Made by a program: the position numbers and the translations under genes. A DNA stretch of 63,813 nt, the filler included, from Folioceros fuciformis (Eukaryota), in NCBI GenBank assembly GCA_049999805.1. It is 9 parts of 9 records of this genome, joined end to end, with 100 filler letters (N's around TTAATTAATTAA, not from the genome) between each part and the next. Parts side by side here need not be neighbours in the genome. Positions count along the whole stretch, not along the records: positions 11,269 to 21,282 come from JBNGIO010004000.1; positions 21,383 to 31,439 come from JBNGIO010004001.1; 7 more parts are not named here. One strand, 5' to 3'. Shown in pieces: positions 15,701-27,909 of the stretch (position 1 is the stretch's first letter; the number at the start of each line of letters is the position of its first letter). The notes under the pieces are model-generated. The model was given only the letters and a program-made list of their open reading frames with translations. It did not search any database and was not told the DNA's origin.

Positions 15701-17776
15701 GATGAGACATCTTTGCTTTTCACTTTCGATCCTAGAGGTGCCCCTGTATCAGACAATTTCTCTTCAGATTTGGTGTCATGTCTTATGATGAGGACTCTCT
15801 CATGCCGGTGCCCTCCCCTCCGTCTATCTCTATTCTTGCAGCTTCTAATCCTGTTGCTATTCCTCCACAAGTTTCTCTTCTGACTCCACCTACCAACTTA
15901 GTCCCTGCTCCGGACCCTTCTTCTCCCACTCATATAGTTGGCTCTGAGGATGATTGGGGTTGGCCTGCCGGTCTTTTCCCCGATTCTCCTCATTCTTCTC
16001 ATCGTGCAGTGCTTGACGGGCCTCCTTTACCTGGTAACTCCCTTGGACCTTCTGATTTAGCTGCTTCACCTCCTCTTAACCTCTCTCTTGGCATACTGGG
16101 CCCTCCTCCTAGTCTTGTTTTACGTCCTTCTTCTCGTTCCACCCAAGGTGTGCCAGCCACTAGGTTTGCAGACTTGGACTTTTCTCATGGATATGGATCT
16201 CGGGCCCGTCCTCCTCAAGGGGGAGAACTAGTATCTATTTCTGAGGCTCTATTCGGGCCCAAAGCTGCTCAATGGAAGATAGCCGCTAATCAAGAATATG
16301 CTTTACTTATCTCCAATAAAACATGGATAATCACAGATCTTCCTCCAAGTAAGAATCTCATCACCTGTAAATATCAAGAAAAAATAGAACCTGTAAATAT
16401 CAAGAAAAAAAAAATCAATGTGTACAAGAAAAAATATCGAGCGAATGGTACTCTTGCTCGTTACAAGGCCCGGCTTGTGGCCCGTGGCTTTACTCAACAG
16501 CAAGGTATTGATTACTCTAAAGAGTGTGTCTTCAGCCTTGTTGTCAAGCTTACCTCCTTGCGTGTGTTGCTAGCTTTGACAGCTATCCATCGTTGGCACG
16601 TCCATCAAATGGATGTCCAAACAACATTTCTTCATGGAGTCCTTGAGGAAGAAGCCTTCATGTCTTAGCCTGAAGGTTCCATCACTCCTGGACAGGAAAA
16701 GAAGGTTTGTAATTTGCAAAGCACAATCTATGGGCCGAAACAATCGCCCCACACGTGGTATGATCGTTTTGATGAATACATGATTAAGGTTGGCTATCAT
16801 AAGACTTCGGCTGACACAAACATCTATGTTAGATGCTCACCTTTAGGTCTTGTTATCATAGCTCTTTATGTTGATGATCTAGCCATCTTTTTTGACAATC
16901 TAGAGGTTCTCAAGCATGCCAAGTCAGAGTTGAGCTCCGAATTCCACATGACTGACAATGGCATCCTAGAGTATTGTCTTGGTATTCAAGTTAAACATGA
17001 TGCAGAAAATTAGACCATCACCATCCATCAAGCCAAGTATGTCAATGATGTTCTCACCAGGTTCCACAATCATGGAGAATTGCAGGCCAATTGATACTCC
17101 TTTACAATCTGGTTTGAAGTTGACCAAGGCTATGTCACCTCAAGATTGTTAAGAGATAATGTTGATAATATCTAGCCAATTAAAGGTATATATATAGTGG
17201 CTTATAGGGGTACTTAGAATAAATAATTATTAGGTAGTTGTTCGTTAGGGTTACAACCTTTAGCGAACAGTTATATCGTTTAAATTATAGCCATAGTGTC
17301 TTTTCAACATGTCTTAAGCTCTCCTTGACTCACACAATGTAATTTAAAAAAATTAAAAAAAATCTAATTCTCAATGTAGACAAGTTTATTTTGTTAAAGA
17401 CGATGCTGCTATGGCTGAAATGAAAGCTCAACCTTACTGTCAAGCTACAGGCTCTATTCAACACCTAGTGCAGCATTCTCACCCTAATATTGCTTTCTTG
17501 GCTTCTCACACTTCTCAGTTTATGTCTGACCCTGGTCGTACTCATTGGTCCTATGTGAAAAGGATGTTAAGATATCTCCAAGCTACTTGATGCCGAGGCA
17601 TCTATTACCATGGAAAGCATTCAGCTTCTAACCTTTGTGGCTGGGCTAATGTAGATTGGGTTAGGGATCCCGATTCTCGAAAGTTGTATACGGGTTTTGC
17701 TTTTGCATTAGTTGGCAGAGCTCTAAGTTGGCAGTCCTTGAAACAGACCACAGTTGCTATGAGTTCGACCAAATCT
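12723..17776 (+). mobile_element. Ty1/copia internal region, heavily degenerate, starting at the PBS
   Basis: PBS TGGTATCAGAGC 12723-12734; gag (DMWDKLSSTYQ); CHYCANGGH knuckle; integrase LELIHADL, LQTDGGGEF, QQNGKAE; RT YKARLVARGF, HQMDVQTTFLHG, LYVDDL; RNase H broken at 17776 by a family B LTR. Confidence 0.93.
14911..15365 (+). repeat. 35-bp minisatellite (about 13 copies) inside the integrase coding sequence
   Basis: Unit CGGTAAAGCTGAGAATCGCATAAAACGAGTAGTCA; the array contains a 10-N gap. Confidence 0.95.
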
Positions 17777-18171
17777 TGTAGGGTTATTAAAGCCCAATAT
17801 GCTGAGACTAATGTGTTTAGTCTAAGATTAGTGTCTAGTTAAGTACCATTAGTTTAGATTAGCTTAAGCTAATCTGTAGGAAACTTCTTGCGCAGCTTCC
17901 TGTGTTGCATTGTGATAGCCAGAGTGCTATTCAATTGGCAAAGAATCCAGTGTTTCATGCGAAGACCAAACATGTGGAAGTGAAGTATCACTTCACTCGA
18001 GAGGTGTTGGAAGACAAGAGGGTACAACTTGTCAAAGTTCACACCAGTCAGAGCCCTACATATGTTCTTATCAAGGGGCTCTCTACAGAGTAATTCGCAC
18101 AAGCTTGGACACTCATGGGCATGAGGTAGATCACTCTTCTATGAAGGTAAATTGGCCATAAAGGGGCAGGT
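17777..18171 (+). mobile_element. Partial family B LTR (17777-17900) fused to the RNase H 3' end and PPT of a copia
   Basis: TGTAGGGTTATTAAAGCCC matches the start of LTR B. It is followed by LHCDSQSAIQLAKNPVFHAKTKH and the PPT AAAGGGGCAGG. Confidence 0.88.
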
Positions 18172-18463
18172 TGTTGGGTTATTAGAGCCCAATGTGCTTA
18201 GACTAATGTGTTTAGTCTAAGATTAGTGTCTAGTTAAGTACCATTAGTTTAGATTAGCTTAAGCTAATTTTGTAGGAAGCTTCTTGTGCAGCTTCCTATG
18301 TGCTTCTTGTGAAGCTTCCTAGGGAGCTCTTATAGAGGGTATAAATACCCCCTTGAGCTCCCTTGCGATTGAGAGACTCTATTGTGAGAGTGTGACCTCT
18401 CTTTCTCCTCCTCCTTGCCTCTCGTCTCCTCCTTCACCATGTTGCTCCTCTAGCGGTCTTACA
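18172..18463 (+). mobile_element. Complete LTR, copia family B (about 290 bp)
   Basis: TGT...ACA termini, TATAAAT box, PPT before and PBS TGGTATCAGAGC (18466-18477) after. Homologous copies at 25915-26194 and 57377-57668. Confidence 0.92.
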
Positions 18464-18465
18464 AG

Positions 18466-21200
18466 TGGTATCAGAGCTAGGGTGTGGAGCAAGATGGTTG
18501 TGTCTGTTGTAGGTGCTACGGACGGAGGCACAAGTCCATGAGGATGGACATCTAGGAGGAGCACGGGCCGGGGCACCAGGCCGCTCGGTTAGGGCGCCAG
18601 GCGGCGGCAGCAAGGGCGGCGCCGCCGGCTAGGGCGCGCCATTAGGGTGCAACCCGGGCGCCAGCGGGGTGCCACCTGGGTGCCGGCGAGGCGCCACTTG
18701 GGCACCAGCAAGGCGGCACCCAGGCGCAGACGAGACGACCGAGGCGCTAGTGAGGTGCCACTTGGGCGCTAGCGGGGCACCACTTGGGCGCCAATGGGAC
18801 GCCACCCAGGTGCCTGCGGGGCACCAGCAAGGTGCGAGCCGAGCGTGCTAGCGGGGCAAGGACCCGATCGACGCTCGCAGTGGCCGAGAGCGCAGACGCC
18901 GAGAGCAAGAGGGTGGGCGCCAAACTAACTCTGATCGCGGAAGTCAGGATCTCGATCGGACGACGAGAGACATTCCAGTTGTGAGTGACCAAGGCCCAAG
19001 TTGTGGACATTTGATTCGGAACAAGTTGTGAGGGTAACTTTTAGAATCTATATTACATTTCAACTCTTTTGTAACTAGCCTTTTTTGATTTGCATCAATT
19101 TTGAAACATGGCGTCCTCAGAAAATATCATGTTTAATATCGTGAAGATAGATGGTACTAACTTCTCGTTCTGGAAAGAACAAGTGTATAATGTTCTAGTA
19201 CAGAAGAAGCAAAATTAAGCCCATCAAGCTGCTAGGAGTGAAACCCGTTAGCATGACTCAGGATGAGTGGCAGGACCTAGATGAGCTTGCTAGGTCTACC
19301 ATCATGCTAACATTGTCGAAGTCAGTCTACTTCAATGTGAAAGACAAGACCACAAGCTACGAGCTATGGCAAAAGTTGTGTGACCTGTACGAGAAGCAAA
19401 GTGCGGCTTCTCAAGTGTATTGGTTGAAATAGCTAGTAGACTTGAAGATGAAGGAAGGGATGAGGATGTCCGATCATGTGAATGAGTTCAATACCACTTT
19501 CAGCCAGCTCTCATCTCAAGGTATCTCGTTCCCAGATTCCGTGAGAGCTATGTTTCTGTTGGTCACATTACCAGAGAGTTGGGACACCTTTCGTACAGCT
19601 CTGAATAATTCCCCTCCTGCTAGTGGTCTTACTGTTGTAAATGTAGAAGGTAGCCTGTTAACAGAGGAGGTGAACAGGAAGAATATGGAACCTTCGAAAG
19701 GTTCTAATGCCCTCATGGTGAGAGCAAGGTCCACTTCAAAGGGGAAGTACAAGGAGCGAAGTTCTTCCCGTAGCAAATCTCGTAGTCGTAACAATGTTGA
19801 GTGTTACCATTGTCACAAGAAGGGTCACATCAGGAAGGACTGTGAGAAGTTCAAGAAGGACAAAGGAAAGGAGAAGAAGCAGAGCGACAACAAGGAAAGT
19901 CCAAGAGTCAAGTGTGACGAGGTGAACTCTATTGATGATGGAGATGTTCTTACCTCTTCTTCCTTTGATTCTGCACAGTTGACAGCCGTGGAGAGTGACT
20001 TATTCTCTAATTGGATAATTGACTCTGGAGCATCTTTCCATGTTACTCTGCATAGGGAGTGGTTTAGCACTTATGATGCTACTAGGAAAGGATGTGTTTG
20101 GCTTGGAAATAACTACACATGCGAGATTGCAAACATTGGTGATGTGTTGCTGAAGTTCGACAATGGATCTTCATTCGTACTGAAGGATGTTAGGCATGTT
20201 CCGAAGTTGACCAAAAGCATGATTAGCACAGGGCAGTTGGATGACGCTGGCTACCACTATTGGTTTGGAGATCATTCTTGGAAGATCTCCAAAGGTTCTC
20301 TTGTGTTAGCTCGTGGATCGAAGTGTGGCACTTTGTACTCACTTCAGGTAACCACTGTCAAGGATCATGTGATTTGTGTAACCGAACAGCCAAGTTTTTC
20401 CTTGTGGCATAGTCAGTTAGGACATGTGTCTAAAAAAGGAATGAAGATCTTATCTCGTTTTGGTTACGTCCCTACTTTTGACTTCTCCGATTTCTCCGTG
20501 TGTGAGCACTGTTTGTATGGGAAACAAATGAAGTCACCACATGGAGCAAGAGGTAAACACAAGAGTAAACCTCTTGAGTTGGTTCACAGTGACGTTTGCG
20601 GACCTATGCCCATTGTATCGTTAGACGGTGCATCTTATTTTGTCACTTTCATTGTTGACTTCTCACGCAAGGTGTGGGTTTATCCTTTGAGGGAAAAGGA
20701 TGATGTTCTGATAGTGTTTTAGAAATTCGTCACCCTTGTGGAGAATCAGTCTGGCCAGCGACTGAAGTGTCTAAGGACAGACAATGGGGGAGAGTATGTC
20801 TCAAAGGCTTTCCAGTCATTCTGTGATTCCAAGGGAATCAAGAGAGGATTGACTGCGCCGTATACTCCTCCCCAGAATGGTGTGGCTGAACGGATGAACA
20901 GGTGCGACGGGTGGTCTTTCAAGAAGATGGATTTGACCGTCTCGTGTAAGTTGAACATCGTGATGTGCAGGAACAAGTTCCTCCACTTGTACAAGAGGAG
21001 AGAGTGCAACCAACTCCGGTCGAGGCGCCAATGCTTCGTAGGTCAGGAAGGATTTCACGTCCTCCTGACAGGTATGTTGCATCTCTTGATTATGTCATGT
21101 TGACGGATTGTGGGGAGCCCTCTTATTATCAAGAGGCCATGTCAGTGACTGACAGGGACAAGTGGGAGAAGGCAATGCAATCGCAGATGGGTTCGCTCCA
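18466..21200 (+). mobile_element. Ty1/copia family B (Tnt1-like) internal region: GC-rich leader and gag-pol with an internal deletion
   Basis: CYHCHKKGHIRKDC; WIIDSGASFH; LELVHSDVCGP; LRTDNGGEY; QNGVAERMNR, after which it jumps to the pre-RT linker (LTDCGEPS). Single stops at about 19430 and 20720. Confidence 0.94.
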
Positions 21201-21382
21201 TGTGGGGTTAAATATGGTATTGACCCACACACACACACATCCAGTGCTCGGACCTTACCAAGCCCCCTTACTTCCCCCACCANNNNNNNNNNNNNNNNNN
21301 NNNNNNNNNNNNNNNNNNNNNNNNNNTTAATTAATTAANNNNNNNNNNNNNNNNNNNNNNNNNNNNNNNNNNNNNNNNNNNN

Positions 21383-21664
21383 ATATTAAACTAATCACCA
21401 GACCTAGACTCAAACTTTCCCAACTCTATGGCATGGTACCGGACCTAAACTTCCCCAAGTCTAGGACCAAACCTGTACCCACTTTAATAACCAAACCAAC
21501 TATTTCCTAGTCAATTAACTTAATTAGCACAAAGAAAAATAGGAAAAATGACCAGAAAATAAAGAAAATTAGGAAAAAGAAGTAGAAAAAGAAAACCAAA
21601 CCATACCACTATTAACCCTTTTTCAACCAAAACAAACTACTACCCCAAACTTTGGAGGTTCACA
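21383..21664 (-). mobile_element. LTR-like terminus, family A
   Basis: Matches 308-569 and ends at the same boundary. Confidence 0.78.
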
Positions 21665-21898
21665 TATGTCATCGCCTCTCATTCTGTCAACCAAATCGAG
21701 ATCCACTGCGTTGTTCCCCTAGTGGCTATATCCTACAAGCATCCAAGCATCCTCAATCTTGAAGCTACATGACCATTCCGTATCTCCGATGCTGGTACTT
21801 GCATGCTAGTTGCACCGGAGGCCCAGACACCGCTCATCCTGGCCTTCATCCCCCGCCTCATAAGCTTCTCCAGCTCCTGATCAAACTCCGCGTTCTCC

Positions 21899-22389
21899 TG
21901 TCTCTCATTGTCCACCACAACCAATGCTATAACTGGGGTATTTCCATCCCACAAGATGCCCTACAAGACTCCAGCGTTGGCATAGGTAATCTCGTCCACA
22001 AATCCCAAATCGCCACCACGGGGCGGACCGGAATGAGCTTCCCATCCATGCTGCACATTCCTATCCCAGCCCTCCGACCTTGTTAATCAGGGACACCAAC
22101 GACTTATCTTCTAACAAGCACCATCTCCACAACCCCCATGGTAGGCCCATCGGTGATGCGGAGGACGTCCTTGTATTGCAGATGTATTCCGAGGCTGGTG
22201 AGCCAGGTGTTCATCTCGAGTTCGCCTCCATGCACCAACATGGGGTGCAGGCCAACATAGGAGAGTAGCACCAAGTCCTTGATGATGCCATCCATGAGGA
22301 TGGCAGCTCGCCCTGTACCTCACCACCATGGTCTTTTACCACAAGCATTGGATACAGGGCAATGCCTCAACAAGAATGCCACCCGGTCC
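21899..22389 (-). pseudogene. NAGK: N-acetylglutamate kinase fragment, intronless and degenerate
   Basis: Across frameshifts reads ILVEALPCIQ..KTMVVRY..IIKDLVLLSYVGLHPMLVHGGELEMNTWL..KDVLRITDGPTMGVVEMVLV..KSLVSLINKVGG..GMCSMDGKLI..GDLGFVDEI..GNTPVIALVVVD, colinear with plant/cyanobacterial ArgB. It stops before the NINAD motif. Confidence 0.88.
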
Positions 22390-22639
22390 TTTGCGTTGTG
22401 CAGCTAGCGGCGGTGCTCCAACAGCGAGCTCCTAGCGACGCAGTGTACCTGGGGACGAGTTGTCCCCCATCGCAGCCGGGACAAAGCCTAGGCCCAGTCC
22501 AGGAGCTCCAATTCCACAATGCCATAGCTGGAGCAGAGCTCCTGCGGCTGCTGCGGTGCCCCCACGGGCTTCAACATCGCAACCCTATGTGCGCGCTCCT
22601 GTATAGACTGCTGCAAATCCGGCAATCACACCTTCATCC

Positions 22640-22878
22640 CACTTCCAACGTGCCATGAGAAGCATACATTCGTAGAACGTTATTGTATAGCAGAGTGTCC
22701 TCCCATAACCCCTTCTCCATGAGAGCATGGACACGGCTCCCAGAGCCACATTCTTCTTAGCAGCACACTTCATCAGGACAGTGTAAACGAGAGACTTGGG
22801 AACACAGCTCCCCCTCCACACGAGAATTTCCAAGCCTCAATGTCCTCATCGAGATGGCCCTCACGACAAGGCCAGCTC
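22640..22878 (-). pseudogene. Pentatricopeptide-repeat (PLS-type) gene fragment, degenerate
   Basis: With two frameshifts reads CREGHLDEDIE-LEILVWRG..SLVYTVLMKCAAKKNVALG-RVHALMEKGLWEDTLLYNNVLRMYASHGTLE, which fits the L-motif/S-motif consensus (C...L..G.RVH...G...D....N.L..MY...G.L). Confidence 0.72.
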
Positions 22879-23746
22879 ACAGCTTGAGCTGTCACGCTTC
22901 GAGAGTTAGCCGCATGCACGACGCTCTAGCCAGAGAGACATGGACTCATCTCCTGAGCAACCAATTGCGCATCCGCATCCTCGCCTCCAGCATCTTCTCA
23001 GGCTTTGGCTTAGGGTTCGACAGCACCTCGGGTGTCTCCCACCTCCTGCGTGTGATTTGGGTCCACGGGCTTGCTGCTCCCTCTGATGGTTGGCCAAAGT
23101 TGCCTAGCACGCTCCTCTCCAGCAGCCTGCTTGGCCTTCGACACCTACAGCCTCGTATCCTTGCTAACCCTACTCCTTTGCCGGGTGGTCTATAAGGGCC
23201 GGTGCTTGGTGAAGAGCTACCGTATCCCTACCCCTGATGCAAAAAAGGAGGAGGACCCCACGGCGTTGACCTAGGTTGCATAGGGAGCTTGGCCAGCTCC
23301 TGTTGCTTTGCTGCTCAACTTCGTCCCCTAGCTCAGCCCCAGCAGCGGACTTGAAGCCCTGCACGTCTGCGTCAAGCCCATTACTAAGTTGGGCTCTGAT
23401 CCTGACTCACCGGGAAGGAGAAGACGAAGGTCTAGTGGTCAGATACCCGCGCTTGAAGCTGCCACCAACACGCTCCCAGGAAACCCTAACTCGCCTTCAC
23501 ACGCTCAGACCTAGGGTTCCACGGACATCAGTACACCCGACCCAAAGGAACAACCCATCCCCATTACTTTTGTTTTTTCCATGGGTTAGTGGATCGGTTG
23601 TTCACCTTTCGACCACAACAACTACCTAGATCCTAACCAACCTATTTAGCCTAATTTCCCAACTATTTTTCCATAGAATGTAATAAAAACTGAAAAAATA
23701 AATACCACTATTTGTCTAGGGATCCATTCACCATATGGACTCCACA

Positions 23747-25008
23747 ACTTTGTTAATAGATCAGCTGGGTTTTCATAGGTTTGGATGTAATTTATATCTA
23801 TTGTTTTATTTTCTAACATATCATGTATGTAATGATATTCTCTTGCTATATGCTTAGTCCTTGAGTGGAAGACAAGGTTTCTGGCTAAGACTATAGCTCC
23901 CTGACTATCACTGAACAGAGGTGTGGGGTCATTTTGAGGATAGCTTAGCTCACTCAATAGTAACCTACTCCATACTATATCTTTGGAGATTGAGGTTAGT
24001 ACCCTATATTTTGACTCAGTACTTGACAAAATAATGGTTGGTTGTTTCTTACTTGACCATGAGATGGGGGCTCCTCCTAGCAGCAGAACATAGCCAGATA
24101 TAGACTTACAACTATCTGGGTCTTCGGCATAGTCAGCATCAGCATATGCTTTTAAGGTTAACTTTGATATGTCGAGCGTATGCTTATAAATCGATCCTGT
24201 GTGCATAGTTCCCTTTAGATACATGAATATTCTCTTGACACATCGCCAATGTTCTCTTCCATGGTTCTCTAAAAATTGTGAGACAGTACTAACTTCACAA
24301 GATATGTGAGGTCTAGTGAAGTTGCTTAAATATATTAGGGTACCAACAACATGTCCGTATGGTACTGTTGACATTTCTTCTTTCTTTGCATTTGTTTTAG
24401 GGCTCATGTTTGAAGTGAGCCTTGTGCCACTATGAAATGGTGTGGCTCTAGATTTAGCATCCTCAAGTCCAAACTTGGCTAAACTTTCCTGCATATACTT
24501 TGTTTGAACTAAGGAAATGGATTTGTTACTTCTATCTCTTATAATATTCACGCCAAGGGCATAGGTAAGTTCTCTCAAATCTATGATTTCATTGTAACTT
24601 CTTAACCAAGCTTTAATTTCGGTTAGGTGGGAGAATGAGGATGATGCTACAAATCAGTCATCTATATAAAGTAGGAGGTAAAGTGCATAATGCTTTGTTT
24701 TTAAAATATACATGCTTGCATCAGCTTTGCTTTGTATAAAATCATATGTGATTAGCTTGTCGTGTATATTGTTGTTCAATTCTTTGCCAAATTGCTTTAG
24801 GCCATGAATGCCTTTTATTAGCCTACATACCATACCTCCTGTGCCTTTGACCTCATAACCCTCAAGTTGCTTCATGTATATTTCTTCTTGAATGAGCCCA
24901 TGCAGATAAGCAGTTTTGATGTCCATCATATGAAGATGTAGATCATGTTGAGTGGTCAAGGCAATTATCATTCTTAGGGAGGCAAATTTTGCTATGGGAG
25001 CATAAGTT
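23747..25008 (-). mobile_element. Ty1/copia RT-RNase H fragment
   Basis: HMMDIKTAYLHG, LYIDD, AYADADYA, ENPADLLTK; truncated at both ends by other insertions. Confidence 0.93.
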
Positions 25009-25042
25009 GCCCAGGGAATGTAATCTAAACTAGGTACCTGGG

Positions 25043-25914
25043 TGTAAACGAAAAAATGTTTAGAAATCCCCTGCCCAAGTGTGAGACTTGGTGTTTTTTT
25101 GGTTTTTGGTAAGTTGGGTGCGAAAGCGGCTTCGGTTGGGAATAGGCCGGGGTATTTATACTCAGGACCTCCTTGGGTCTCGAGGTTTTGAGGTTAGGAG
25201 TAGGGTTGACCAATAATTGGTCTGTGGACCAAGTCGAGAGGGGTGCTACTTGTTCCTTGGCCCTCGGTACTTGAACAAGTTCTAAAAAGCCTATATAAGG
25301 AGCCCCCTCCTATATCTATAGAGTTAAGAGTGATTAGTCGAAGGGAAAGAAGCCAGGGACTTAGACTGGAAAGGGAGGGAGGTAGTTGTGACTCGGCAAC
25401 GGTGGGGGAAGTTGGACAGCCGTCGTGGAGAAAGTAACCGGTAGCAGAGCTCCCGGAGTGGTAGTGGAACTCAGAGCATCGCGGATGAATGGAAACCCTA
25501 AGTAGGGACCCCAGTGTTTCGGGGTATTTTCGAAGTGGAGGGTAACCACGGCGGGAGCAGCGTCAGGGAGCAAACTCAGCGGACAAGGCATAGTGTGTAG
25601 ACAAACGCACTGGATGGAGGAGGAGCGGAGGCATGGCGATTTCCCTGACAGGCCTGAGGGAGAGTGGAGCACTGTGGTACCAGGGGAGGCGGTGGCGCCC
25701 AAGTGGACAGAGGAGCAAAGGGCGATGGAGGGGGTGACTACTGACCTAGCATCGGCGGAGTTGTGCAAGGACGCTACTCCGAAACGTTTGCCATAGGTGG
25801 AGGTAGCGCTCTGGCCCAACATGGACCACTGGAAGGCTAGGGCAAGAGGACTGGTGGAGGAGCTAGGACTTGGGTTCATGGCAAAGCGGTGGAACCATGT
25901 TACCCCTGCCCTAG
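25043..25914 (+). mobile_element. Family D repeat: TGTA terminus, TATA box and start of ORF-X
   Basis: Terminus homologous to 52148-52382 and 55540-55831. Peptide EVALWPNMDHWKARARGLVEELGLGFMA matches 51358-51798. Confidence 0.75.
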
Positions 25915-27909
25915 TGAAGGAACACTATAGGAGCCACATGGTGAAAGAGGAGAGGAGAAAGAAAAGGATGAGAGGAGGGAGTAAGGTCTCTTACACACTC
26001 TGTGTCTCAATATTGCAAGGGAGCTCAAGAGGGTATTTATACCCTCTAGAAGAGCTCCCAAGGAAGCTTCACAAGAAGCTCATAGGAAGCTGTGCAAGAA
26101 GCTTCCTAAAGATTAGCTTAAGCTAATCTAAACTAATGATACTTAACTAGACACTAATCTTAGTCTAAGCACATTGGGCTTTAATAACCCTACAACCTCC
26201 CACTTAAAGGCCAATTTACCTTCATAGGTTAGTGGTCTACCTCATGCCCATGAGTGTCCAAGCTTGTGCGAATTGCTTCGTAGAGAACCCCTTGGTAAGA
26301 ATATCTACAGGGTTCTGACTTGTGTGAATTTTGACAAGCTGCACCCTCTTATCTTCCAACACCTCTCGAATGAAGTGATACTTCACTTCCACATGTTTGG
26401 TTTTCGCATGAAACACTGGATTCTTCGCCAATTGGATAGCACTCTGGTTATCACAATGCAACACTGGCAGCTCAACTTCAATCCCCAAATCTCCCACTAA
26501 ATGAGCAAGCCATATGGCTTCCTTGCAAGCCTAAGTCGTTGCAACATACTCAGCCTATGTGGTAGATAGTGTTATGCACGATTGCAAACAAGATCGCCAT
26601 GAGATTGCCCCTCCAGTGCACATGAAGACATAACCTGATGTGGACCTCCTTTTTGTCCATATCCCTTGCATAATCAGCATCTGTATATCCAACGACAGAT
26701 GCATCTTCACTACCAAAACATATGCACAAAGCTTTTGTACCATTTAAGTACCTCATAACTCCTTTTACTGCCTCCCAATGCTTCTTGTCAGGGTTTGACA
26801 TAAACTTGCTAACCACTTCCACTGCGAAAGCAATGTTAGGACGTGTAGCAATCATTGCATACATCAAACTCCCTATAGTTAATGAGTATGGAACCTTCTC
26901 CATTTCAGCTTTGTCCTCCGCAAAGCTTGGGCAATCCTTGCTCGAAAGTTTCACATATGGAGGCAACGGAGTACTCAATACCTTCCCCTTCTCCGTGTTG
27001 AAACGTTGAAGCACTCTGTTAATGTATTCAATCTGAGACAAGTAAAGCAAATACTTATGTCTGTCTTGACAAATACGCATGCCAAAAATATGGCTAGCCT
27101 CTCCCAAGTCTGTCATGTCACAGCGAGCATTCAACTTTGACTTCAACGCTGAAATCTCATCACTACTATTCCCAGCAATTAGCATATCATCCACATAGAG
27201 GACCAAAATGAGCAAGCTTCCATCCTTAGCTTACTTCGTATAAAGGCAATGATCCTCATCGCTACGTTTGTAGCCTTGAGAAAGCATAAATGAGTGAAAC
27301 TTGTAATAGCACTCTCTGGGTGCCTATTTCAAACCATAAAGGCTCTTCTTCAACTTGCACACCAGATGCTCTCTGCCCTTCTCAATGAAACCCTCTGGTA
27401 GCTGCATGTATACCTCTTCTTGGAGATCACCATGCAAAAATGCCGACTTCACATCCATCTAGACAAGTTCCATGTCATTTTTCGCAACCAGAGCAAGAAC
27501 ACATAGCAAAGTGGTCATTTTGACAACTGATGAGAAAATCTCATCAAAGTCAATACCTTGCTTTTGCTTAAAACCCTTAGCAACCAATCGTGCCTTGTAC
27601 TTGGGTTTGCCATCATGGGGTATGACCTTCATCTTATACACCCATTTGCATAACAATGCCTTCTTATCCTCAGGCAACCAAACCAACTCCTAAGTTTGGT
27701 TCTTACGGAGCGAATCCATCTGCAACTGCATCGCCTTCTCCCACTTGTCCTTGTCAGTCACTGACACGGCCTCTTTGTAACAAGAGGGCTCCCCGCAATC
27801 TGTCAGCATAACATAATCAAGAGATGCAACATACCTGTCAAGAGGACGTGAAATCCTTCCTAACCAACGAAGCACAGGCTCCTCAACCCGAGCTGGTTGC
27901 ACTCTCTCT
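25915..27909 (-). mobile_element. Copia family B 3' half (RT, RNase H, PPT, 3' LTR 25915-26194)
   Basis: YKARLVAKGF, LYVDDMLI, GYTDADYA, LHCDNQSAIQLAKNP; PPT AAGTGGGAGG abuts the LTR start TGTAGGG. Confidence 0.94.

Noticed and set aside
17146-17400. AT-rich insertion in copia RT, possible solo LTR or MITE
   Set aside because: It is clearly an interruption, but it has no clean TG...CA ends, TIRs or unambiguous TSD to classify it.
21730-21898. ENAEFDQELEKLM...MQVP resembling the UPF2 C-terminus
   Set aside because: The similarity is too short to assign without a search; kept only as unidentified cargo.
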